From sequence record SRR20825019_950: a stretch of 49,236 nucleotides of DNA. One strand, 5' to 3'. Shown piece by piece: positions 10,269-19,983 of the stretch. Below the pieces are notes generated by a model, which made no database searches, was not told where the DNA came from, and was given only the letters and a program-made list of their open reading frames with translations. A program made the position numbers and the translations under genes. Numbering within the stretch: position 1 is the first letter of the stretch; each line of letters opens with the position of its first letter.

Positions 10269-11087
10269 TCACCGCCGATTAAAAAAGCGCCCCAACTGGT
10301 TCCCTATGGACTCCACAGGGTCCGTGATCGAGCGCTGAACGCTGTTGGTAACCACGCGGGTGAATGCCGAGCCGGCATCACTTTCGAGGAACTCAATGTA
10401 CTTCTTCAACTCGGAAGAGCTGAGATCCTGATAGGTGTAGAGGTAGCCATCGTAGACCTGCTGGGCGACCATGCCCCGCAGCATGCCACGCTGGTTCTCG
10501 ATCTGTTGCTGAAGCTGTTCGAAGGTTGGGCCTTTGCTACCGTTGAACGCTGCCATGGCAGAGGCTAAACCCAACTGGACAGCAACGGTGGTATCCACGG
10601 CACTCTCCGTTGCACGGGCAGCCCGGTCAAAGCGGGTAAACAGTTTGGCCCTTTCGCTGCCCTTGTACTTCTCCTGCAACGACGCGGCATTGGCTTCCAC
10701 CTGCTTCCAGGTGTCAGGGTTGGAAGCGGCCACCTCGGCCTTGGAAATTTTCTCCGCCAGCGGCGTTTCATACCAGGCCAGTACCGAGTTCAACTGCCCC
10801 TCGCTGAGCCCCTGGTCCAGGTCCTCGACCAGCCGCGCGCGAATCTCGGCAACACTGAACGCATTACTCACAACACTGCTGATGGTGTTGGCAACAAACG
10901 GCTCAACCCGCCCGCTTTGTTTCAGGCCCTGGCGGATGCCCTGGCTCATCATCGCCGGGTACTGGGCGACAACCTCATCAATGGGCGACACCCGGAGCAC
11001 CGAGTCCGCCAAAGGGCTTGCGGTGGCAGAACCACAGACCAGCAAAAGAAAAAGTAATGCCGGTTTAACTTGGGATAGTGTGCGCAT
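10269..11087 (-). CDS. Exported DUF2059-like protein
   Basis: Signal peptide (SATA-SP); WYETPLAEKI and YTYQDLSSSELKKYIEFLESDAG motifs. Start trimmed to MRTLSQ (GAGG RBS). Confidence 0.65.
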   Translation of the reverse strand: MRTLSQVKPALLFLLLVCGSATASPLADSVLRVSPIDEVVAQYPAMMSQGIRQGLKQSGRVEPFVANTISSVVSNAFSVAEIRARLVEDLDQGLSEGQLNSVLAWYETPLAEKISKAEVAASNPDTWKQVEANAASLQEKYKGSERAKLFTRFDRAARATESAVDTTVAVQLGLASAMAAFNGSKGPTFEQLQQQIENQRGMLRGMVAQQVYDGYLYTYQDLSSSELKKYIEFLESDAGSAFTRVVTNSVQRSITDPVESIGNQLGRFFNRR

Positions 11088-11210
11088 GAACCTAGTATCC
11101 TCTGATAACGAGGGTCTGTTATGCCATGGAGCTGGCGAGAGCTGCAAGCAAAGCCGGCCAGTAACAGATGACCATTTTGTAGTGTGGAGTGACAGGGCCC
11201 GGTCCCGCCC

Positions 11211-11945
11211 ATGAAGAAACGCCGTAATCGACCGAAAAACAGACGACTTGGACGACTTAAAAGCAACCGGGTGAAAATCTGGAAGTCCCGAATGCGGTGG
11301 TATGGCCTGCCAACACTGGGCTTGGGGCTGGCAATCGCCATTGTCGCCATCATGCGTTTCAGCCTGCTGGAGCCAGACCCACCGGCAAACCCGGACGACG
11401 TCTGTGAGATCTTCCGTGAGCATCCGGTATGGTACGACTATGCCAGCCGTTCACGGGAGCGCTGGGGCACCCCGATTGCAACGCAGATGGCTTTTGTTTA
11501 CTACGAATCGTCGTTTCGCAGTCATGCCCGTCCACCACGGACCCGCCTGCTGGGGTTCATTCCCTGGCGCCGGCCAACATCCGCCTACGGCTACGCCCAG
11601 GCGCTCGACCCGGCGTGGGCCGAGTACCTGGCCGCAAACGGAGACGGTCTGTCCGTGGTACGAACCAACATGAAATACGCACTCGATTTCGTGGGCTGGT
11701 ATAACCACCTGACCCGCAGAGAAGTGGGCATTCCTCTCACCAGCCCCGAGAAACTTTACCTCGCCTACCACGAAGGCAGGACCGGCTACCAGCGACAGAG
11801 CTACCTCGCCAAGCCGGAGGTAAGGTCATTGGCCACTCGGGTCCAGAACCGGGCCTTCCGCTATGACCGCCAGCTCCAGACCTGCGAGGAAGAATTCCAG
11901 TGCTGGCGTTTCTACCAGTTCTGGCCCTTCTGTGGTGACTGGTAA
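11211..11945 (+). CDS. Membrane-anchored lysozyme-like/SLT-type transglycosylase domain protein
   Basis: Basic N-terminus plus TM, then DDVCEIF, YYESSF (catalytic ES), SAYGYAQALD, YLAYHEG. Start uncertain (11211, 11271 or 11292). Confidence 0.7.
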   Translation: MKKRRNRPKNRRLGRLKSNRVKIWKSRMRWYGLPTLGLGLAIAIVAIMRFSLLEPDPPANPDDVCEIFREHPVWYDYASRSRERWGTPIATQMAFVYYESSFRSHARPPRTRLLGFIPWRRPTSAYGYAQALDPAWAEYLAANGDGLSVVRTNMKYALDFVGWYNHLTRREVGIPLTSPEKLYLAYHEGRTGYQRQSYLAKPEVRSLATRVQNRAFRYDRQLQTCEEEFQCWRFYQFWPFCGDW

Positions 11946-11965
11946 GCCCAGACAATGATTCGGCG

Positions 11966-12859
11966 TCAGCTCTCGCCTTCCACCTGGGGTGTCAGTTGGG
12001 TCAGCCTGGCGGTCAGGAACTCCATTACAATCCGTACCCGTGCCATCTGTTGCGTGTCGTGATTCACCATCAGCCACAGGTCAACGCCCTCGCCTTCAAG
12101 TGGCTCCGACAGGCGCGTCAGCTCCTTGGTACTGTCGCCCAAGTAGCAGGGCAACGCCGCCAGCCCTGCCCCGGCCCGCGCCAGGGCGTGCATTGCCTGG
12201 AGACTGTTGCAACGGATGATGGACGACGCGTTCTTCAGGTGCTTGCGATACCACCGCCCCGTTGCCAGGTGGCTAAAGCTCTCATCCGGCAGAATCCAGA
12301 GCGCCTGCTCCGGCGAATGCTCAAGGTCCAGGTCGGTATGACGCTTACGGTAGCTGGTAGCAGCGTAGATAGCCGACTCGATCGTGCCTATTCGCTCCCC
12401 TTCCAGTGTGGCCTGGGGTTTGTTTACCGGCCGCAGTGTCAGGTCTGCCTCGCGGTGGCTCAGGTTCAGCACATCGTTGTCGGTGAGCACTTCCAGTTCG
12501 ATGTCCGGGTATTCCCGGACGAGCTCTGCAATCATCGGACTGATAAGGGCGTTCACCATGGTGTCGGTGGCCGCCAACCGGACCTTACCGACGGGCGCTG
12601 AATCCTGCCCGACCAACTGCCGTTCAAGATTTTCCATATCGGCGGCCAGCCTTTCGGCTTCGCGGAATGCGGTTTCACCCACGGGTGTGAGTTGCAGACC
12701 ATCCCGGTTGCGCTCAAAGAACTGAACGCCCATCTGCTCTTCCATCTGATCCAGGCGACGAAGCACCGTGGTCTGGTGAACGCCCAGTATCTCACCGGCT
12801 TTGGCAAGGGTTCCCCCTATTGCCAGGGCGTGTATATATCGAAGATAATCCCAATCCAT
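11966..12859 (-). CDS. LysR-family transcriptional regulator
   Basis: MDWDYLRY...GTLAKAGEILGVHQTTVLRRLDQME helix-turn-helix; 297 aa; LSHREADL in the effector domain. Confidence 0.95.
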   Translation of the reverse strand: MDWDYLRYIHALAIGGTLAKAGEILGVHQTTVLRRLDQMEEQMGVQFFERNRDGLQLTPVGETAFREAERLAADMENLERQLVGQDSAPVGKVRLAATDTMVNALISPMIAELVREYPDIELEVLTDNDVLNLSHREADLTLRPVNKPQATLEGERIGTIESAIYAATSYRKRHTDLDLEHSPEQALWILPDESFSHLATGRWYRKHLKNASSIIRCNSLQAMHALARAGAGLAALPCYLGDSTKELTRLSEPLEGEGVDLWLMVNHDTQQMARVRIVMEFLTARLTQLTPQVEGES

Positions 12860-12865
12860 AGATAC

Positions 12866-12878
12866 TGCATATTTGCAA
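12866..12878. promoter_or_regulatory. LysR-type T-N11-A box
   Basis: TGCATATTTGCAA with TGCA dyad arms immediately upstream of the LysR start; a related TGCAAATA copy at ~12908. Confidence 0.5.
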
Positions 12879-12985
12879 CGTGAGTACGGAGTTTAACGTA
12901 TTTAAACTGCAAATACGAAGCCGTAAACTTCTTTATATAGTCAGCTAACCAATATTTTAATCCACCAGATAAGGAGGAAGGCGCT

Positions 12986-13183
12986 ATGACTCAAGACCAT
13001 ATCGCAACCGTACACCCGCTGCCGTCCAGTATCCTCCACAACAGTACTGAGGTCAGGCGCCAATATACCCGTGCAGCTGCAAAGCAAGCCGTACAGGTTA
13101 TCAGCCGGAAGATGAATTCCTGGAGAAAGAGGGCAGCAACCGCATCGCCGGAGATGCCCCAGATGATGCAGGGCGAGCACTAA
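12986..13183 (+). CDS. Small hypothetical protein (65 aa)
   Basis: Strong AAGGAGG RBS; divergent from LysR; followed by a terminator hairpin; fills an otherwise empty gap. Confidence 0.65.
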   Translation: MTQDHIATVHPLPSSILHNSTEVRRQYTRAAAKQAVQVISRKMNSWRKRAATASPEMPQMMQGEH

Positions 13184-13221
13184 GCCCGTCCCTGTATGGG
13201 AAAGTAAGGGAAGACAGATTT

Positions 13222-13267
13222 CGAAAACACCGGTGGCCCTGGATACCCAGGCTCACCGGTGTTTTCG
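13222..13267. terminator. Likely bidirectional intrinsic terminator
   Basis: CGAAAACACCGGTG ... CACCGGTGTTTTCG, 14-bp inverted arms with A/T tracts, between convergent genes. Confidence 0.75.
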
Positions 13268-13276
13268 TTTTGGGGA

Positions 13277-14959
13277 TCAGAACTCCCAGATCACCTTTTG
13301 CTTCTTGCCAAACCACTCGTCCATTTTGCGGTTGTAGAAGTCCTCGATCACATTCCGCTTGATCTTCATGGTGGGTGTGAGCATACCGTTTTCCATGGTC
13401 CAGGGTTCTTTCACCACCACCACGAACGCCAGCTTCTCATGAGCCTCGCACCCACTGTTAACGGCGTCCAGCTCCGCAGCCAGCTCCCTCTCCAGCTCAT
13501 CACGACTGCCTCCTGCTTCCAGCGCTTCCCGTGCTTCTTCGGATAACAGCACCATCAGGCAGGGCTGAGGTTGGTTGGCTCCCGCCACGCACACAACCTC
13601 TGCCTTGGGATGATTAAAACGGCTTTCGATGGGCACTGGCACCACATACTTGCCCTTGGAGGTTTTGAAAAGATCCTTCACGCGGCCAGTGATGCGCAGA
13701 TACCCCTCGCTGTCGATCTCTCCCATATCCCCGGTTTTAAGGAAGCCATCCTCGGTAACGTCCTCGCGGGTTTTCTCTTCGTTCTTATAGTAGCCCAGCA
13801 TCTGGCCGGGGCTCTTGACCTGCACTTCGCCATTCTCAGCCAGACGATGCTCCGCACCAGGATTGGTGACACCCACGGTACCCACCTTGGCCCGGCCCGG
13901 GCGATTGGCATGAGAATAGCCGAAGTTTTCCGACATCCCATACACCTCCAGCAGCTCCAGCCCAAGGTTCCTGTACCAGCCAATAATTTCACCCGAGAGC
14001 GGTGCCGCCCCCGTGAGGGCCGCACGGCAGTGATCCAGGCCCAACTGCTTCAATACCTTCTTTTTCACCAGTTTGTTCAGTACCGGAATATTGAACAGCA
14101 CCTTCTGCTTCTTCGGCGGCAACTTGCTGTTGATGGCCAGGTAGAACTTCATCCACAGCCTGGGCACCGAGAAGAACAGGGTCGGCCGGGCTCTTTGCAG
14201 ATCTTCCTGGAAGGTGTCCAGGGAATTGGCAAAATACAGGTGGAATCCGTAATAAAGCGACTGGGTTTCCACCGCCGCACGTTCAGCAACATGGGCAAGA
14301 GGCAGATAGGAAAGCATTCTTTCATCCTGGGTGACAGGGAATATCTGCTGCAGCCCATCGGCGACGGAAATCATGGTGCGAAAACTGTGCATAACGCCTT
14401 TCGGGCGACCGGTGCTTCCAGACGTATAAACCAGGGTGGCCAGGTCATCAGGGTCCGGCAAGCTGGGTTCGGCCGGCTGCTGCTGGGCGATAACGTCCAG
14501 CCATTTCGGCGTGTCGTCCCGGGGCGACATCGGCAAAGAAATAACCGGCAGGTCTCCGGGAATGTGGCCCTTGATATCGTTCCAGCCGTCCGCCTTGCCG
14601 TCCAACTTCCCCAGGAACAGCAGTTTCGCTTCACTGTGCTCCAGCACATACGCAGCTGTCTCACCATTGAGCGTCGGATATAGCGGAACTGAAACGTGGC
14701 CGGCAGCCCATATGGCGAGGTCTGACAGGATCCAGTGCGCACTGTTCTTGCCAAGAATGGCGACATTGCTGCGTTCCGGCAGGCCCAGTGTTGCCAAGTG
14801 AGCCGACATCCGGGACACCTGGTCGGCGGCCTGTTTCCAGGTAATGTCTTCGGTGGTGCCATCCGGAAATGGCTGGGTCAGGTATACCTTGTCGGGGGTT
14901 TGCTTTGCCCAGTAATACAGGCAGTGGAGGGACGTTTGCTTGTTGCTGTCTGCAGCCAT
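13277..14959 (-). CDS. Long-chain fatty acid--CoA ligase (AMP-binding enzyme)
   Basis: YTSGSTGRPKGV, SYLPLAHVAER, YGMSE, GFLKTGDMGEID, ITGRVKDLFKTSKGKYV, LTPTMKIKR. AAGGAG RBS before MAADSN. Confidence 0.93.
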   Translation of the reverse strand: MAADSNKQTSLHCLYYWAKQTPDKVYLTQPFPDGTTEDITWKQAADQVSRMSAHLATLGLPERSNVAILGKNSAHWILSDLAIWAAGHVSVPLYPTLNGETAAYVLEHSEAKLLFLGKLDGKADGWNDIKGHIPGDLPVISLPMSPRDDTPKWLDVIAQQQPAEPSLPDPDDLATLVYTSGSTGRPKGVMHSFRTMISVADGLQQIFPVTQDERMLSYLPLAHVAERAAVETQSLYYGFHLYFANSLDTFQEDLQRARPTLFFSVPRLWMKFYLAINSKLPPKKQKVLFNIPVLNKLVKKKVLKQLGLDHCRAALTGAAPLSGEIIGWYRNLGLELLEVYGMSENFGYSHANRPGRAKVGTVGVTNPGAEHRLAENGEVQVKSPGQMLGYYKNEEKTREDVTEDGFLKTGDMGEIDSEGYLRITGRVKDLFKTSKGKYVVPVPIESRFNHPKAEVVCVAGANQPQPCLMVLLSEEAREALEAGGSRDELERELAAELDAVNSGCEAHEKLAFVVVVKEPWTMENGMLTPTMKIKRNVIEDFYNRKMDEWFGKKQKVIWEF

Positions 14960-15167
14960 CAAGGGCTCCTTATTGTTGTCGTCTTTTCTGACGTTATTTT
15001 TGGGCAACTAAAGCATAGTACCTGTATTTCCCGTTTCCTCAAGCCTGGGCGATGGTGACGGGCCAGCTGGCCCACACGGACAACTCCCGGGCTTTCGCCC
15101 GACAGGATTGCAGGGTAACCTCCCGGATCGCGCCAGATAACATTGCCAAATAAGGATGGGTTTCCCC

Positions 15168-16082
15168 ATGCAAGAGTTCATTCTGTACCACTACGCCATG
15201 TCGCCTTTTTCCGAAAAGGTCCGGGCCATGCTCGGCTACGCCGGCCTTTCCTGGCAGTCTGTTATCGTCCGGGAAATGCCGCCCCGGCCTATGCTTTCCG
15301 CGCTGGCGGGCGGTTACCGCAAAGTTCCCGTGGCCCAGAGTGGCGCCGATGTGTTCTGCGACAGCCGCGCCATCGCTGACGAAATCGCACGCCTGAGTGG
15401 CAAACCGGAACTGAGCCTGGCCAACCAGCCGCAAGCAGTCATCGACTTTGTGCGCACCACGGACCTTGAGGTGTTTCTTGCCTGCGTGATTGCCGCCAGC
15501 GATGGCCGCATGCTGCGGAAGCTGATCCGCGACACGTCGCTGCTGAACGCCTTACGCTTCCTCAAGGACCGCATCACCATGGGCACAAAGTCCCGCGTGA
15601 AAGCGGTACGAGGGCCGCAGGCAAAAGCCAAGGTTATGGCGCACATCGAAACCATGGAGTCGATGCTGGCGAAAGACTTTCTGTTTGGTGACACCCCCTG
15701 TATTGCGGATTTTTCGGCCTACCATGGCCTGTGGTTTGTCTGCGATCTGGCGGGCAAACCCTGGCTGCGGGACGCTCCCAACGTGGCAGCGTGGCTGGAG
15801 CGAATGAAAGCCTTCGGACACGGCAAACCTAGTGAGATCACCGCTGACCAGGCATTGGACATTGCCCGCAATGAAACGCCGCGAGCCATTGAGTCTGCCG
15901 GTGGTAATGAGTTAACAGGAAAGAATGTCGAAGTCGCACCCGATGACTACGGGCGCGACCCGGTCGCAGGACGCCTGGTGTTCGCAGATGAGCAAACCCT
16001 GATTCTGGAGCGTTCCCACGCGCGTGTCGGGCAGGTCCATGTCCACTTCCCGAAACAGGGTTATGCAATCAAGCCGGCCTGA
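15168..16082 (+). CDS. Glutathione S-transferase family protein
   Basis: HYAMSPFSEKVR, GGYRKVPV, VFCDS, ADFSAYHGLW, C-terminal DYGRDPVAG...VHVHFPKQGY. Confidence 0.9.
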   Translation: MQEFILYHYAMSPFSEKVRAMLGYAGLSWQSVIVREMPPRPMLSALAGGYRKVPVAQSGADVFCDSRAIADEIARLSGKPELSLANQPQAVIDFVRTTDLEVFLACVIAASDGRMLRKLIRDTSLLNALRFLKDRITMGTKSRVKAVRGPQAKAKVMAHIETMESMLAKDFLFGDTPCIADFSAYHGLWFVCDLAGKPWLRDAPNVAAWLERMKAFGHGKPSEITADQALDIARNETPRAIESAGGNELTGKNVEVAPDDYGRDPVAGRLVFADEQTLILERSHARVGQVHVHFPKQGYAIKPA

Positions 16083-16086
16083 TGCC

Positions 16087-17304
16087 TCAAGCCGGCTCGC
16101 CCTTCTGGCCGGCACTTTCGAAAGCGGCCAACACTGACGACAGGAAATCATCCATTAACGAGCGCGGCGCGGGGTTGTTTTCGCCGCCCCGCTCGTTCTG
16201 GAGCCGCTGGATATCGTCCAGCAGTTCCTGCATGAGCCCTTCCATTGCCTGAAGGTCCATGCCTTTGGCAACCGACTCCTGAGCAAGCCCCTGGATATCC
16301 CGGGCGAGACTGCCAAGCGGTCGCAACTGCATGTTTGCGGAGGGCTCGGATGAAGGCTCACGGGATACAGACTCGTAAGCAGCGGCAGACACCATCCGGG
16401 TAGCAGAGAGGTTCAGGCTGAAGCTCGCCAGTTCATCCCCGCCCAAACTCAACGACTGGGCCGCTTGAAAGGCACCCTGGATATCGCCGTCGAAAAAACG
16501 GCCAGACACTTGCTGCACTTTGCCAAAAAGATCCGCGAGCGCGGCCTTCTCGCCGTCATCCAGACTGCCCTCCACCGAGAACGCATAACGCCCCGAAAAC
16601 AGGCTGGCCGAGCGTACTTCTTCAGACCGGACGCCATCACTCTCGCGGGCACTTGCCGACATTGCCGAGTAGCGTTGCTCCTCCATGCGAACGGTCACAC
16701 GGTCGCCGTCACGGGTGGTGACCTCAAACGCAAAAGACTCTTTGCTGGCGCTCTCCACCATCGCCGCTGCTACCCGGCTCTCTGACGGCATCCCGTTTTG
16801 CAGATACCGCGATTCCAGATCAGACAAACCGTCCTGGATGCGCGTGAAGCTGTCGTCGATATCACGATTCAATGTGTCCGTCATCAACCCCAGGGCTTCG
16901 ATCTGCTCCCGCGCCTCGGAGAACCCCTGCTCAACACCACGGCGTGCATCAGAAAGCAGGCCTGCCAGGCGCTCCGAGTCTGCACCGGCAGCCGCTTCCT
17001 TTTGCAGGCGCTGCTGGACGAAGCCCAGCACGCGACTGGCCACGTCGGCGGCGGTCGGCGGTTCGAATCGATTTCGGGTGGAGGCAGATGCGTCGGGGCC
17101 GGATGCCCCGAGTCGTTGCTGAAGCTGTTGTTCAAGCCTGCTTCGAAGTGCGTTAATAGCATCCTCGGGCGTGCGGATCGCCCCCCTGACCTGTTCCCGG
17201 ACCTTGGTAGGCTCGGGGGCATTGTTTGTCGGCCGGCTTCCCGATGGCTCCGCGCCGGAGCGACCTGGCATTCCGGAACCGGGAATATTAATTGGAGAAA
17301 CCAT
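16087..17304 (-). CDS. DUF5610-like hypothetical protein
   Basis: RVLGF...ARRGVEQGFSEARE, FEVTTRDGDRVT, FSVEGSLDDGE, FFDGD. GAGGG RBS before MVSPIN. Confidence 0.7.
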   Translation of the reverse strand: MVSPINIPGSGMPGRSGAEPSGSRPTNNAPEPTKVREQVRGAIRTPEDAINALRSRLEQQLQQRLGASGPDASASTRNRFEPPTAADVASRVLGFVQQRLQKEAAAGADSERLAGLLSDARRGVEQGFSEAREQIEALGLMTDTLNRDIDDSFTRIQDGLSDLESRYLQNGMPSESRVAAAMVESASKESFAFEVTTRDGDRVTVRMEEQRYSAMSASARESDGVRSEEVRSASLFSGRYAFSVEGSLDDGEKAALADLFGKVQQVSGRFFDGDIQGAFQAAQSLSLGGDELASFSLNLSATRMVSAAAYESVSREPSSEPSANMQLRPLGSLARDIQGLAQESVAKGMDLQAMEGLMQELLDDIQRLQNERGGENNPAPRSLMDDFLSSVLAAFESAGQKGEPA

Positions 17305-17369
17305 ACCCTCACCCCTCATCAGCGCTGTCTGCAGGCAGGACATGGGATGCTTCCGCAGCCAGCCCCTGT

Positions 17370-17396
17370 TTATCGGCAGACCGGCGGCAGGCATTA
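17370..17396 (-). promoter_or_regulatory. Sigma-28 (FliA) promoter
   Basis: Minus strand TAAT-N15-GCCGATAA versus consensus TAAA-N15-GCCGATAA; ~65 bp upstream of the DUF5610-like start. Confidence 0.8.
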
Positions 17397-18020
17397 AGAA
17401 CGTTTCGGTATTAGCACCAGATGATTAGGCAATTCGTTTTTCTCGCGGGTTGCGGGCAACTGCTCCCGCAGGTGCTGGCCGCAACTTTCGATGCAACCGA
17501 GGAAGCCGGCCAGGGTATCGCCACTGCGAACCTGGTTGGTAAAGGTGCCGACAATCTCTTCCCAAACGCCGTCGCTGACCTTATCGGCAATGCCCTGATC
17601 CACCAGAATTTCAACATAGTGTTCCGCTTCCGAGACGAAAATCAGCATGCCAACGCCGCCCTGGGTGTGATGAAGATCCTGCTCCAGGAATTGCCGCCGG
17701 GCCATGTTGGACGCCCGCCAGAAGCGAACAGCCTTTGGAACCAGATGATGCCCCACACCCGGAAACCGAAACAACAGGCATAACAGGATAAAGGTCACCC
17801 ACTGAACCACCAGCAACCAGTCCGCGCCCAACGAACCGGTAAAGTAATTGATCGCTCCGGGCACCAGTAGTGCAATAACCCCGGCCCAGAGCAGAGGGAT
17901 ATAGGAATAATCATCGGAGGCTGCGGCAAGAACCGTTACCAGTTCCGCGTCGGTCTCACGCTCCACCTCTGTGATGGCCGAAGCCACCTGTTGTTGCTCA
18001 CTGTCTGTTAGTAACGTCAT
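17394..18020 (-). CDS. TPM-domain membrane protein (lemA operon, third gene)
   Basis: AITEVERETDAELVTV, two TM segments, GMLIFVSEAEHYVEILVDQGI, NELPNHL. Confidence 0.88.
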   Translation of the reverse strand: MTLLTDSEQQQVASAITEVERETDAELVTVLAAASDDYSYIPLLWAGVIALLVPGAINYFTGSLGADWLLVVQWVTFILLCLLFRFPGVGHHLVPKAVRFWRASNMARRQFLEQDLHHTQGGVGMLIFVSEAEHYVEILVDQGIADKVSDGVWEEIVGTFTNQVRSGDTLAGFLGCIESCGQHLREQLPATREKNELPNHLVLIPKRS

Positions 18021-18079
18021 GTTCGTTCCGGTGTTGCTGAATCAATAGGTTCGCTGTCTACTCGCGTTGAGTCGCTGGT

Positions 18080-18835
18080 TTACCAACCGCCGGAGGCACC
18101 ACCGCCGCCGAAGCCACCGCCTCCGCCGCTGAAGCCACCACCGCCAAAACCGCCGCCGCGACCTCCACCAAGACCACCAGCGAGCGCACCGGCCAGCAGG
18201 GCACTGCGGCCACCACGGCCCCCGCCGACACCGCCTCTAAAGAACGCAATCAGCACAATGACGAAAAACAGGATGCCCAACGCCGGATGGGGCCGGTCGT
18301 CTTCGGCTGCCTGGCGACTGGACTTCGGAACCGCAAGTGGCTCACCACCCAATACCTGAACCATGGCCGCACCACCGTTGGCAATGCCGGTGGCAAAATC
18401 CCCCTGCCTGAACGCCGGGGTAATGATCTGATTAATAATCGTGGCGGATGTGGCGTCGGTCAGTCGACCTTCGAGGCCGTAGCCAACCTCGATGCGAATC
18501 CGCCGCTCATCCTTGGCTACCAACAGCAACGCACCGTTGTCTTCACCTTCCTGGCCAATTCCCCAGTGGCGACCCAACTGGTAGCCAAAGTCTTCAATGG
18601 CATAGCCCTGAAGGTTCGGCAGCGTCACCACAACCACCTGTTCGGTCGTTGACTGCTCGTGGGCCTCCAGCATCTGGCTGAGGCGACGTTCAACTTTGGC
18701 GGGCAGCATGTCGGCGCGGTCCACCACGCGACCGGTCAGGTCGGGGAAATCAGGAGTGGATTGCGCCTGGGCATTGGCCTGGCACAGCACAATCAAGGCC
18801 AGAAAAACGATAACGGGGTGGAAACGAACAGGCAT
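18080..18835 (-). CDS. TPM-domain protein, YgcG-like
   Basis: LTGRVVD, WGIGQEGEDNGALLLVA, RIEVGYGLEG, Gly-rich tail ending GGGASGGW. Confidence 0.92.
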   Translation of the reverse strand: MPVRFHPVIVFLALIVLCQANAQAQSTPDFPDLTGRVVDRADMLPAKVERRLSQMLEAHEQSTTEQVVVVTLPNLQGYAIEDFGYQLGRHWGIGQEGEDNGALLLVAKDERRIRIEVGYGLEGRLTDATSATIINQIITPAFRQGDFATGIANGGAAMVQVLGGEPLAVPKSSRQAAEDDRPHPALGILFFVIVLIAFFRGGVGGGRGGRSALLAGALAGGLGGGRGGGFGGGGFSGGGGGFGGGGASGGW

Positions 18836-19452
18836 CAGAACTCCACCTGTGGCGCTTCCTGGGCATCGGGGGTAGTGGCCTCGAAGTTGGCCCTCAACTC
18901 AAGGTCGCTGTAAAGCATGCTGTGCCAGAGACGGCCTGGAAAGGTCCGGATTTCCGTATTGTAGCGTTCAACCGCCTGGATAAAGTCACGCCTTGCGACC
19001 GAGATACGGTTCTCCGTACCTTCCAGTTGCGACTGCAACGCCAGGAAGTTCTGGTTTGACTTCAGATCCGGGTAGCGCTCTGAAACCGCCATCAGGCGGC
19101 TGAGCGCACTGCTGAGTTCACCCTGAACCTGCTGGAACTGTTTCAGCTTCTCGGGGTTGTTGAGAATGCTTTCGTCGACCTGAATAGAGGTCGCCTTCGA
19201 GCGCGCTTCGGTGACTGCCGTCAGGGTTTCCTGTTCCTGATCCGCAAAACCTTTCACCGTTTCAACGAGGTTCGGCACCAGATCCGCCCGCCTCTGGTAC
19301 TGGTTCTCCACCTGCGCCCAGGCTGATTTAACCTGCTCGTCATACGTTGGAATGTTGTTGATGCCGCAGCCTGTGAGCAGCATGGCCAGCAAGGCCAGAG
19401 CAGCAAGCTGAAAGGGCGTTTGGCCTGGGCTGGCCATGGGTCGGTCGTGCAT
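18835..19452 (-). CDS. lemA: LemA-family lipoprotein
   Basis: LLTGC lipobox, QYQRRADLVPNLV, ERYPDLKSNQNF, LEGTENRISVAR. Confidence 0.95.
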   Translation of the reverse strand: MHDRPMASPGQTPFQLAALALLAMLLTGCGINNIPTYDEQVKSAWAQVENQYQRRADLVPNLVETVKGFADQEQETLTAVTEARSKATSIQVDESILNNPEKLKQFQQVQGELSSALSRLMAVSERYPDLKSNQNFLALQSQLEGTENRISVARRDFIQAVERYNTEIRTFPGRLWHSMLYSDLELRANFEATTPDAQEAPQVEF

Positions 19453-19549
19453 AGCGTATCGGTTCCTTGATGGTGGGTCTGGTCATCGCCGGCCTAAGAC
19501 ACTATCACATTTTTCCGCCCGACATCTGCCGCCCAGGCGACCGAAAACA

Positions 19550-19565
19550 CTGTATACATATACAG
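19550..19565. promoter_or_regulatory. LexA (SOS) box
   Basis: CTGTATACATATACAG matches CTGT-(AT)4-ACAG almost perfectly; upstream of yebG and followed by a TATACT -10-like hexamer. Confidence 0.92.
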
Positions 19566-19643
19566 ATACCTTAAGTATACTCACCGCAGATTCAATGAAC
19601 CCCACCAGACACGACAACGTGCGGGAACACACTGGAGAACGTC

Positions 19644-19919
19644 ATGGCCGTACAAGCGCTGTATTACTCGGAGAGGGATGGACTGGAGATGGCACTGAAA
19701 CACCCCGACACAATGCTCTTCTCGTCCAAAGCGGAAGCCGATGCCCGGGACAAAGTCCTGGAACTGGCCGAGGAAATCACCCAGTTTCTACAGGCGCGAG
19801 TTGAGGGCCTGGATGAAGCCATGGCGGAAAAAGCGGCACTCGCCATTGCCGAGGAAAAGGACCTGTTCGCCAAGGCCCTGAAAAAACCCTCATTGCTGAA
19901 CGAAACCACCGACGCATAA
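19644..19919 (+). CDS. yebG: DNA damage-inducible YebG-family protein
   Basis: MAV...FSSKAEADARDKVLELAE...ALKKP; SOS box upstream; GGAG RBS. Confidence 0.88.
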   Translation: MAVQALYYSERDGLEMALKHPDTMLFSSKAEADARDKVLELAEEITQFLQARVEGLDEAMAEKAALAIAEEKDLFAKALKKPSLLNETTDA

Positions 19920-19928
19920 CCCAGAATG

Positions 19929-19965
19929 GGCGGGGAGGCGCTCATTCACCACACGCCTCCCCGCC
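19929..19965. terminator. GC-rich hairpin between convergent yebG and peroxidase
   Basis: GGCGGGGAGGCG ... CGCCTCCCCGCC, 12-bp stem. Confidence 0.6.
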
Positions 19966-19983
19966 TCGGTACGTCTGCGCGGA

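Noticed and set aside
18083..18240. GGC/GGT-rich low-complexity tract
   Set aside because: It encodes the normal Gly-rich tail of YgcG-like TPM proteins.
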